From a virus (lineage: Duplodnaviria; Heunggongvirae; Uroviricota; Caudoviricetes): 64,000 bases of DNA. Every line of letters starts with the position of its first letter. Position 1 is the first letter of the stretch. The position numbers and the translations under genes are program-made. This document shows, piece by piece, positions 12,949-25,700 of this stretch. The notes under the pieces are model-generated. The model was given only the letters and a program-made list of their open reading frames with translations, searched no databases and was not told where the DNA came from. The stretch lies in IMG/VR virus record IMGVR_UViG_3300033494_000001; one strand, 5' to 3'.

Positions 12949-15900
12949 ATGGCACTAGTAAAAAAATTACAGCCTGGAGGTAATATAGACCAAACTGCAT
13001 TAAATGAAGCATTGAATACAGAATTGGGGTCTTATAACCTAAAGAGCAAAGACGAAAGAAAAGTTAGAGATGCATTAACTAGACTAAGAGATTTTAGTGC
13101 AACTTCTGGTAATTCTTTTACCGCAGACCAAGTTGCTCAAAAATTTATAATCACAGGACCTGGTAGCAATCAATTTCAAGGAAGTCCTGATGATGTAAAA
13201 TCAAATTGATTTACAGGAAAACTTAAAATTAATGATGATCAAGATGCAATGTCAGTTGCTGCTGCTATCTATGCAGGGGCACATAAAAATATACAAGGAA
13301 GTAGTTCTACTACTTCTACTACTCCAACAAAAACTTCAATAAATATCGGAGATTATGATAAATATCTTGTAGATGATATTTATGGAGGACCTGATGTTTT
13401 CAGACAAGATTTTAGAAAACTTAAAACAAATGATTTAAGGCAAAAAGAGTATTTAACTAATATGAAAGACTATATTGATAAATATCAATTAGGTTGGGAT
13501 AAAGATATAGATAAATATGATTATGCTGATAAAGACAAAATAAATGAATTACGTGCAGCTCTTGGTGATGGAAATATTGCTAATTGAGATAAAGTAGTTC
13601 CTATAGCTCGTAAATTAGGATGAAATCCTAATCATATTCTAGTAAATGATGTAGATTTGGCAACTTATGCAGAAGAAGATGCTAAAACAAAACAAACTAA
13701 CGATGTTGCGCAAGCTAATAAATATTCAACAGATTTACAAGGAAAAGGACTTTTACCAAACATATCCAATCCATTACTTAATGCAGGCTATGTCCCTGTA
13801 GAAAGACTAAATCCTGCAGGATATTCTAATGATCAAATAGAAGCTTTTAATAATTATATTCTTAATAAAAAAGGATTTATGTTTCAAGCTCCCGGAGGAC
13901 AACAAATTGCTATTGACATTCAAGGAAATCCTATTCAATCTAATGGTTCAGAATTTGATCAATTTAATCCTTTAACAGGTAAAGCTTGAGGAGGAGATTA
14001 TACAACTGGATTTCAATATGGCGAAGGAAAATATAAAGCTTCCGATGAAGATAATGACGAAAATGATAGAGGTAGAGGTTTAGATATTCCTCAATTACAA
14101 GGTTGAGGTAGAGCAACAGGTTATTCAAGAAATAGTAAAGATGTAGCTCATGCAAAATTAGGAGAAAATAGAGATTATACAAAATATATTGAATTTAACA
14201 CTCCTAAAGGAAAAATCACTTTAACTAAAGATGACAAAGGAGTATATACTTCCTCTACGGGTGAAACATATCCTAAATTATGAATTAAAGGATATAAACC
14301 TGATTATGATGTTAATATAGAAAATTATGATGCAATTTTAAACGATGTTGACAATCCTTTATCTTCTATACCTACAAATAATGATTATGGTAGTTTAACT
14401 GATGCTTTAACATCTTTAGCTGAACAAAAACAAGCTATTATTAAAGATGGTACTTATTCTTCTGTGGGAGAAATGCAAAAGTTGGCAGGATATATGAAAC
14501 ATATTATAGCCACAGCTAAACCTGGAGAAGATAAAAGAAAAGCCTTAGCAACTTATGCTGAATTAAGAGAAATTTTTAAAAATAATAATATTCCTACTAA
14601 TAAATTGGGCGGAGTAATTAAAGCACAAAAAGGAATGTCTTTTGCAGAATATAATGCAAAATATTCTCCAAAACCAAATACTACTCAAACTACTGCTCCA
14701 GGTAATAAACCGGCTGTAAGTGCGGAAGGGATGCTTAAAAATATGAACACTTTGGATGCTATATCTTTAGCCGGAACAACAGCTTCATTTATTCCTGGAA
14801 TAGGTGTTATTGGAGGAGCAGTTAGTACTGTGGCTGATTTAGTAAACGATATTAATAAAGGTAAAAGTTTTGGAGAAACTTCCGTAAATTTAGGAATGAA
14901 TTTAGGTTTTACAGCATTAGCTTTTTTTGGTGCGGGAGGATTAAAAGCCTTAAAAGTAGGAGTAGAAGCTGCTAAAATAGGCAAAGCTGCAGATTTTGCT
15001 GTTGATCTTACTACAGCAGGTAAAAAAGCGGAAGCATTAATAAAATTAGCGAAAAAGTCTGAATCTTCTGTAGATTTAGGAACAAAAGCTCTTTTAGAAT
15101 CTACTTTAAAAGTATCAAATATTTCTAAAAGTTTAGGAGGAGAAGGTAGTAAAATATTAAAAGCAGTAGCCAATGCGGATAATGTTGCATCATTAGATGA
15201 ACCTACAAAATTAATCTTAAAAAATGCTGGCTATATTGATGATGCTGGAAATGTTCTTAAAAAAGAAGGAACTAAATTAATTCAAGCTGATTTAGGAATT
15301 GCTCATGGTATTCAAAATCAAAATATAACAAAAGTATCTAGAATAGCAAATAATTGAATTAAAGAACCAATAGAAACTACAGGAAAAGCTGTTATAGATA
15401 AAAGTTCTAAATTATTAAATAATAAAACTGTTAGTGGAATAGCTAGAACTGCTTTTATCGGAGGGACTGCTGGAACTGGAGGTTATGGTATTATTAAAGA
15501 TTATAATTCCGCCCCTGAAAATCTTTCTTGAAATGAAAAATTAGGAAGAACTCAAACATCTGACTGAAGTAATTTATTAATGGGGGCATCTACAGCTAGA
15601 AATACTCTTAAAGGAAATAGATATAAAAGAGCGCTAGAAAATCAAACAGAGCCTAGTACAGTAAAAGAAGCTGTTCATAAAATTACGTTAGGCGAAACTA
15701 CACATGAACTTTCAAGTCCTTTAACATCCCTTCCTAAAAATTTTAAAAGTAAAGTTTGAGAAACAAAAGCAGCAGAAACAACACATATTGAACGTGTAAA
15801 GAAAGAATTATCTGAAAAACTTAAAATCTCTGATCCTACCGAAAAAGAAAAAGTTATAAATGATTTTTTTAAAGATAAGAAAATATCTGATCTTAAAAAT

Positions 15901-17856
15901 AGTCTTGAACCAAGAGAGGAAGGAGAATTAGTACTTAGAGAATTTGTTAATAATAGATTTAAAGACCAAGCAAGGAGTATAAAAGAATATGAATTAGCTA
16001 AAAAAATAATTGAGCGTGATATTAAAAGTGTTGGAAGATTAAATGCTAGTCCTTGAGGAACTAAAAAGTTTGAAGCTAAGAAAAAAACTTCTAAACCAGC
16101 AGAAGTAACAAAATCTTCTGAAAAACCAAAACAATTCTTGCCACCCCCTACTAAGTCAGGAGTAGTTATACCGCCTCCATCTTTTAAAAAACCCTCTGTA
16201 GTTAAAGTTAATGAACAATTAATTAATAAGGTTAATAAAAAAGCAACCCCAAGAGATAAATCTAAAAAAGGTTGAACAGGAGAAACTCATTGAATGTTAG
16301 AAGGTGGAATTTTAAAATATCAAAATGCCGCACAATCATCAATGGGTCCATTAAATAATCCTACATGAAAAAAAGGATACACTAATACTTTACAAAATAC
16401 AGGTGTTGATTATGGTACAGGATTGAGTCTTAAAGCGACACAACAATTTACAGTTCCGTCACAACCTAGAACCGGAAATTATTATGGAGGAGTTACAAAT
16501 GAATTAATTCAAAAGAATTGGAATCCTGAAATTTTAAAAGCTGCTGGTTTAGACCCAACTAATGTAAGTACATGACCTTCTAATACTCCTCAATTATTAC
16601 AAAAATATATTGAAACTAGACCTGAATTAATTAGTCAATTAAAAGATCAAACAAGTCCTTCACATAATAAATTTGGTATGGATTGATATTATACAGGATT
16701 AAAATCAGAAACTCCATCTACTCAAACTACAACAACTACTCCAACAGGAACTCCTGCTGCAGAAACTAAACCTATAGTAATTCCTGCAACTGGGCCAACT
16801 ACTAATATTAATAGTAATGTAATTCAAAAACCTGGAATATGAGATTCTTTAAAAGGAACTCTTGATTCTACAGGTATTGCTAATGGTTTAATGTATTTAA
16901 ATACTTTAGGTGCAAATGCATGAATAGGAAATGAACAAAGAAAAGCTATTTCATCCGGACTTTTTCAACTTCCTTATATGCCACATCAATATATAAGAGC
17001 TGATAAACCTTATTCATTAGCTGCAAATAAACAAGCGGCTGACGTAAATTCTCAAGGTAAAAAAATAGCAGCATCAACATCGGATTTAAATCAAGGAAAT
17101 GCTATTAGATTACAAGCTTTAAAACAAGCAAGCGGAATAATTGAAAAAGGACAAGCACTTGATTGGGAACGATTGGATAAAGTTAGAGAAATGCAATTAA
17201 AAAACAATGCTTCTGTTGATTCATATAATACTCAAACTCTTGGTAAAAATAGAGGTCTTACGGCAGAAGCAATGCAAAAAATACATTTAACTAATGCAAA
17301 TCAACGTAATGCTCAAAATACAGCAACTAATAATTGATTAACTGCTTGGGATAAAAATTATGGTTTAAATCAATATAAACAAAATATGGCAAAATATTTT
17401 GATATGACTAACGACCCTAAATTAAAATCTTTATCTGATGAATACACAGACTTTGCAGGAGAGAAAGGAAAGGCATCTGCACTTGCGACATATAATGCTA
17501 ATAAGGCGAATTATGATAAAACTCATATGCCTGGAGGTGTTAATGGAGGAACTCAATACAAACCTTTTGAAGAATCGGATGAATATAAACAATGGCAAAC
17601 TGATATTACTAAAAAATTAGATTATCTTAAATTGCAAATGAAACCTTTAGAATTAGCTCAACAAAAATTAAATCTTGATCAACAAATGTTGTATTGGAGA
17701 AAAGAGGGCGGAAAAATGACAAAGAAAGAGAAAATTGATATTGATAATAATAAATTCAATAATGTTAAGCGATTAAAGGAAACTGAATTAACTTATAAAG
17801 CAATAATGCATAATAATGAAATGTTACAAAAAGCTTTAATTAAAGTGTTTAAATAA
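12949..17856 (+). CDS. Large virion cargo/ejection-type protein, 1635 aa, TGA=Trp
   Basis: Seven track ORFs in one frame joined by 19 TGA, TAA 17854-17856. Starts MALVKKLQPGG. Has a Gly/Ala-rich hydrophobic stretch (about 14750-14990) and Pro/Thr-rich linkers. Confidence 0.7.
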
Positions 17857-19769
17857 TGGAATATAGAAAAATAAGAAAAATGGAACAGGGGAGTGGATTT
17901 GCAACATTCACTCCCATTGTTAAAACTGCTCCAGCATCAAGATCTTCAGATGATAGACATTCAAATAGTGATGAAAAATCTCCGGAATCTTCGTCTGTTA
18001 TAGATTCTAAAATGATAGAGCAGCTATATAAATCAGGGGGATTAGTAAATGATGTAAATCAATTAGTATCTGAATTGGTACAAATAGAACAGAGTTCTAC
18101 AAATCCTTTCTTAAGTAATATTAATAGAGGTAGAACATTACAAATTGCGGCTAAAATTAATGAAATTAGTCAAAACAAAGACTACTGAAAAGACGCTATT
18201 ACTCGTTCAAAAGAAGCAGGAGGTTTAGGTGAAGTTGCAGTAGATACTGATGGAAGAGTTTATACTAAGACTAAAGATAATAAAATACAAGCTATATCTT
18301 TAGCTGATTATTCTGAAAATAGAGAATCTACTAAACTTTTAAGTGTTCAAGAATTATTATATGAAAGACAATATAATAAATCTTTGACAGGACAAAATGG
18401 AGTATTTACTATTGCCGATAATGCAATTGGATTAAATAAAATTACAGAACATATAAAATCCTTAGTATCTGCTTTAGGAACTGATAGTACAGAAGATTCA
18501 GGAATTTATTCTAAGTCTAAATCTCAAGAATTAGCAGCGTCTTTTGGAGGTAAACAACCTACTAAGGAACAAGCATATTCACTGTCCATTCTTAATAGAG
18601 TTATTAATAGTCCATCTGAGTACTCTCAAGTTAAAACTAAAAATTCAACTGAAAGAGCACATATAGAAAAAGCATTAGGATATATATGAAATACTTTAGG
18701 AAATCCTGCTCAACAGAAACTTAGAGCAACTGCTGCTTTAAATGGGGTAGCTAGACCTGAACAATTTATTTTAGATATATTAGAAACAAATACGGATGAA
18801 AGTCGAAGTATTGAAGTTTCTCCTGAAACAACAGCAAAAGCAACAGGAAAAGATACAACAGATGATAATTCTAAAAAAATCGCCTTGACTCCTTCAGAAT
18901 TATTTCATAATGATAGATTATACCAGCCGGGAATGACTTATGAAATTAATAATCCAAAAGCAAAAGTAAGTTTAAGAGCTACAGCTACAGGTATTGGACC
19001 TTTATATAGTTTAACAAAACCAGGAGAAGTATTAGAAGCTGCAGTAGTATCTAGTATTTTTGATAAAAATAATTATTCTTCTATTTTGGACAAATCAAAA
19101 GTTTTTATAGGTGATACTAAAATTGATCCTTTATTACTTTCAGAAGTTGCATTTACAGGAGAAGATGTTGGAAAAGTTTATTTACCTGTTAAATCTGATG
19201 GTACTCCTGATTTAGGACAAATGGAAAGATTTAATAATGCTTACCAAGTATTTAATATTAACAAAGATACGTGAACTACTCAACAAATTCAAGAATATTT
19301 TAGAAAAGCAGGATTTCCTGGAATCCAAATAAAAGAAAGTAAAACTTCGGATGGAAGTATTACTAAAGTAATTGGAGAAAATGGAAATGTTAAGCCTTTC
19401 TTAGCGGTTCCGATTATTACTAATTCTGCTTCAGATTTATCTAATAATCCATGAATGGTTGAACAAGTAGGTAATCAAAAAGATTCTGCTAAAATGGTAA
19501 TGAATCAAGCGTTCTCTGTTTTAGGAGGAACTCCAAGTAAACCAAAAACAATAAATACAAGTCCTTGAGGGTACCTTTCTTTAGAAACTCCTTATAAAGG
19601 CGTGATGTTTGTAGCATATCGTCCAGAATCTAGTGGTATATTAAGTTCTATGTATGGACATGTTTCTGGCAAAGCCCCAAATGAAACAGATATATATAGA
19701 AATTTAAACTATAGTGTTACAGGTAATAATCCAATAGGTATCCAAGGATCTGCAGCAGTTTTAAAATAA
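17856..19769 (+). CDS. Virion cargo-type protein, 637 aa, TGA=Trp
   Basis: Track ORFs 17856, 18384 and 18885 in one frame, 5 TGA, ends TAA TAA at 19767. Confidence 0.7.
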
Positions 19770-19776
19770 TAAAAAT

Positions 19777-22700
19777 ATGGAAATATTAAAACCAAATGAT
19801 ATATTAATAGCTACGTTAAATAAACCCGAAGCTACTCCTTATGATTTACTTTCAAGTAATATTAATGGATCTAATACATCACTTTTCTCTAAAGATGAAT
19901 ATAAACAATCAGAATATATTAAAAATACATTTACAGGAAGTGATGGAAAATTTGATGATTTAGCTTTTGACAAAGCTTATAAATTAGCTCAAAATAATTA
20001 CTATCAATTAACTAATAATGAATATTTAAAAGAATTAGATCAAATAGAATACAGTCCATTTGATATTACTCGTCCTAAATTTGCTAAAACTATTAATGTA
20101 TCCGCAACTTTAGAAAAAGAATATAATCCATTTGAAGAAAAGAAAGGATGGACAGGAATAAATTCGACTGATGCTAGTAATTTATCTTTACGAGAATTAG
20201 CCCAGCAAGGAAAAATATTTGATCCTATTAATAAAACTTGAAGTGAAAAATCTTTAAATGATTTAAGTTTACTTGATAAAGTATTTGGAGATACTTTAGT
20301 TTATGCACAATTTGATGAAGATGGTCAACACGTAGATTCTAATGGATTCTTTGTAGATCATAAAAAAGGAGATTGAAAAGTAAATGAAGATGGAAATCTA
20401 TTTATAGAGAAGTTAGGAAATAGAGAAATCTATGGAAAACAAATAGTTAATTCTATGGATACTCTTACTACTGATGGCTCTTTAATAAATAAGTTTGATT
20501 TTTTAGATTCGGATGGACGAGAAAAATCTATTACTGGTACAGTTTTTAAACTTGCTGCTAATATTGCTCCATTTATTATTCCAGAATTTGGAATATTTAA
20601 GGGTATGACATCTATTCCATCATTATATGGTGGCTTAAAAGCTACAATTGGATTAGCTTCATCTCTTCCGACATTTTATAAAGCATTAGAAGGTTTACTT
20701 TTAGGTGATACAAATACTTCATTAACCAAAGGAGCAACTCAATTAGAAAATTATTTTGCAAAAATGACTCGGTCAAGTGTTTCTGATGCAGGAGGACAAT
20801 CTTTATTTGGAGTAGAACAAATGAGTGAAATGGTTGGAAGTATTTTCTCTCAAATTTACGAACAACGAGCAGCTGCTAGTTTATCTAAATTAATAAATAG
20901 AGGTGATAGTTTAATGACAGCTGAAACTAAAAAAATGGCTGATAACATTAATCAAAAAATATTATCTGAAGTATTAGAGGGTAAAATAGATTATAATGAT
21001 ATGGGAGCATTATCAAAAGCTGCTATGGAAAAAATTCCATCATTAAAATCTGTTATTGATAGACAAAGTAAAATGTCGAAAGCATTTTCATTAGGATATA
21101 TGGCTCTTACGTCAACTGCTGATATTTATGGTCAAGCACTTCAAGGAGGTTATGATAGACGTACTGCTGGATTTGCGGCTTTATTAGCTGCTTCTGGACA
21201 ATATGGAATTATGATGAATAATCGAATGGGGGATTGATTCTTAGATAAAACTACTGGTTATTCTTTAGAGAGTAATAAAGCTTTAATGCGTAAAACTCTC
21301 ACACCATGATTTGATGAAATTGCAGATGGTTTTAAAACAGCAGGAAAAGATTTAGGTAAAGGAAAACAAATGTTAGGAGGAACTTTTTCAAAGTTTAAAA
21401 ATTCTCTTACAGAAATATTTACCACGCCATCTACAATTGCTGAAGCTATGTGAAAAAATTCTTTAGTGGAGGGTATTGAAGAAGTTACTGAACAAATGGT
21501 ATTAGATGCTTCAAAGGGTGTTGTTGATACTATGAGTTATTTAGGATTAACAAAGAAACAAGGAAGTTTAGGTGGATGAAATACTGCATTTAGTAAAGAA
21601 GGATTTGAAACTTACTTGGCTAATTTTGTTGGAGGTATTATTGGTGGAGGAATGTTTGAATTTCATAGATCGCGAATAGCTCCATGATTAGATCCATCTA
21701 TGGTTTCTCCTGATGTACAAAAATCAATGTATGAATTAGTAGCAGGTGGTCATAAAGATGAATTAATTAATATGATTAATGCCAAACGTTCAATGTTAGG
21801 TAATAAATATATTACTGTAATGGATCAAGATGGACATTTTCAAGAAGCTTCTGAAACGAACAAATCACAAGCTGATTTAATTGCTGACAAAGCTATTGAT
21901 ATGGTTAATGTTATTGATGGAATTTTAAATAGTAACAATTTAATACATTCTGATGAAGAAATTGTATCTAAAGCTATTATGGATCATATTATCATTAATG
22001 ATATGAAAAAAACTATACAGGAAGGAAGTTCGATTGGAATAGAAGGATTAGTTTTAGAAGATTATAAAAGAAAAATGCTAAAAATTGGAGAACTTGAAGC
22101 TAAGTTAAAAAATTTAGCAGAAACAGACGAAAATAAAGATGGCATTAAACGTTATAAAGAAGAATTAAAATTGTATGTTAATGATATTAATGATATCATG
22201 GAGGGTAAAAAAGGACATGAATATTTTGGAGAAGCTAGTTTTTATTTAAACAAAAAAATTAATTCGGCATTTCTAAAAATTAGTAAATCTGATTTTACTA
22301 AAGAAACATATAAACAAAATTATTATGATTTACCTGAAACTGGAATAGGACTAACTCGTGAAAGAATTGATAAAGAATGAAATGAATTTATTGAATCAAA
22401 AGATTTAAGAAATAATTTAAAATCTGCATATCAAGTATATAAAAATTTAGAACAATTAATTAATAAACCAATAGAAGATTTTACTAAGGATGGATATGAT
22501 CAAGTTAGAAAGCAGACTTTTGAAACTATTATTGATTTAAAAAAGACAATTGAATTATTTAATACTACAGTTGATCCAAAAGCAAAAGAAGAAGTTTTAA
22601 ATCGGTTTGTTTCATTAAATAATGCTTTAGAAAGTATGGGACAAGGTATTATTACTCCTTGAACTGTATTACATGATGATATATTTGATCAACTAGATAC

Positions 22701-25700
22701 CTTAGGACTAATTAAAAAAGTTGAGTATGATTTAGTAAATAAAAAAGAAGTTGTTTCTAATTTTTCTCAACAAGAATTAAATAGTAAAAAAGGTGATATT
22801 ACAACGAAAGATGATATGAAAAGAATAGTATCAAATTTCTTTAAATCATATAATTTTAATCCTATGAATGCTGAAATGGTTATTTCGCATTTAAACACTC
22901 AAATTCTTGAATTAAATAAAAAGAAATTTGATAAAATTGCTGAATTACAAAATCTTCCGATACTTTCTGATGAACAAACTGCAGAATTACAAGAACTAGA
23001 AAATTCTCTTATTAATTTTAAAATTGACGATTTCTCAAATATAAATAGCATTAAAGTTATTTTTGATGGATTTGAAATGAAAATTAATACGGAATTTACA
23101 AATAGTAATATTACACGAAAAGAATATGATTCTTTCAAAAAAATTCAACAAAATAAAGATTTTTATGTAAGAGATTTTAACTCGGTCTTAAAAGAATTTG
23201 GTAAAGATTCATGAAAAGATTTAGATAGATTAGAACTAAATGATTTTTTAAGTAAATTAACTGAGTTAGGATTTTTAACTGAAAGTTTAAGAGAACTAAA
23301 TATAGTTTCTCCTAATTCTGAAATGGCTATTGAAAAAGCAATCGTGCAATTACAATCTGAAACGTTAACGCCAGAAGAATTTATACAAATACAAGATTCA
23401 TTAGAAGAGTTTATGACTTTTACTTCAAATTTAATTAATAAAAGTTTTAATACTTTAAATAATTCAGATTTAATTAATCTTGATAAAAAAATTACTGAAA
23501 TTGAAAAAGAACGTGATGCTGAAATTAATGAGAAAAAGCCCGATATTTTAAAAATTCATAATTATGCTTTAGATTTATTAGTTAAAGCTTTAGAATCCGG
23601 TACGGCTGATAAAGAAGTTTTTTATGAAGCTGAAGAATTAGTTAATACTGAAATTATAAAGGTTATATCTAAAATATTTCCAAATACAAAAAGTTTATCA
23701 TATACCAGTTTTATCCAAACAATGGAAGAAATGGTAGGATTTTCTGAAATGATAAATGAAATAATTGATTTGGAATTAAATAATGGTATTGAAGATATTT
23801 ATTTATCATCAGACTCTTTAGAACATATAATTACTATGGAAGAAGAAGCCTACAAAGCAGATGCAATGTATAAAGGGCTCTTTCCAAATCAGGATTTTTT
23901 AAATGTTATTAAGAATAACTTTGATTTAAAATTAAATTTAGAGCAATTTAATGGAGCATTATTAGACTTACTTAATTTAGTTAAATTAGAGAAAAAAAAT
24001 ATTGATAAAATAAATAAATTCTTTGAATTAGTTAAAAAAGGTTTAAATTTAAAATCAAATAGTCTTTATGATTTTATTAGAAATTTTGAACTAACTTTGG
24101 ACTCAAATCCAGAAAGTAAAATTAATAAAATCTTTGAATTATTAAAGCGTGAAGAGACAAATTTAAAAGCATCATCAAATGTAACTAATTTTACATCTGA
24201 TAATATTAGAGAACAAGATTTAAATCAGGCTGTTAATCATTTAGAAATGATGAAAGCAGTTATCTATGCAATGTCTACAACAACAGTTGATTTTGGAGAT
24301 CCTTATGGATATATTCAAAGTAGAATTAATTATGCAAAGAAATATAATCAAGAGGATGACGTTATAAATTTAAAAACTATAACTTCTGATGTTGCAACAT
24401 TAATGATTAAAGATTTAGATCTTCTAATAACTAAAATTAATTTTTTAAAAGATCTTGCATCATTCAATGCAGGAAAAATGTTTAATGAACAAGAAATCAT
24501 TAGAATAAAAGTTAATGAAATATTATTAGCTAATTGGAAACAATGATTAGTTAAGATGAATCCTTCATTTTTACCCCTTGATAAATTAAATCAAATTATA
24601 AATTCATCTAATTCAAATGAAAAGAAAATTTTAGATATTGAGACAGCAATTTTTGAACATAATAAAGGTAAGGAAGCTGAAGCTTTAGAAGAATTTTTAA
24701 AACATTTAACAAATGTTAATCCTGATAACTTCTCACAAATTGATAAAGATTTAAAAGAAATTAAATCATGAGAATTAGCACTTTATGCTGCAACTACTTT
24801 AAGTTCTAAAGCATCTGATTTTCAGGCTAGGAATTATAAATCAATAGCAGGAACTTTTGCAAAAGCTCCTTTCTTTACTCAAGAGTTTGTCTCTCGAATA
24901 ATTAAAGCAAGTACAGCTAATCCTACATTATTTGCTAATATCTTTAAAACTAAGCAAAATGCGTCTAAATTTGATTGTTCTTTTATCACAATTTTATTAG
25001 GTGGTTCTGGTACTGGAAAAACATCAGCTACATTAGGTTTAGCATTGGATAATTTTAAACAAACTAACGATATATCTAATGTTTGAATTTCTGCTCCGGA
25101 TGATACTCAAGTAAATAATTTAGAAAAAGCTATTAAAGAATCTACGGGAAATGAAAAGCTTGCTTTAGTAAAAGGAAATAAATTTGAAATTTTTGAAAAG
25201 TTAGGACTTACTAAATTAATTTCAGAAATTAATAAAGAGATTACAGCTATTAATGATAATAAGATTGAGAAAAAATATATTAAACTTGATGATGGAAGTA
25301 TTTTATTAGGAGAACAAATTACTAATAAAAAATGATTAGAATCAATTCCAGAAGAAATTTTAAAAAATCTTCCAAATTTATTATTAATTGATGAGGTTAC
25401 ACACTTTTCAGCTTTTGAAATGTATTTATTAAATGCGATTTCTGAATATTCCTATAATAATGATTCATTGAATTTTATGAAAATTATAGGAGCAGGTGAT
25501 ACTACCCAATTAGGTTATTTAGCTAAAATTGGAGATCAATATGTTCAATATAATATAAATACATATAATGCAATATTTACTCCAAGACTATGATTAAGTG
25601 TAAGAAGTTCTAATAATCAGAAAAGACTAAATGATGATAAATATAAAAGAATAAATCGTGAAGTAGAAAGTATTTATGATAAGGAAAATGATAATAGAAT

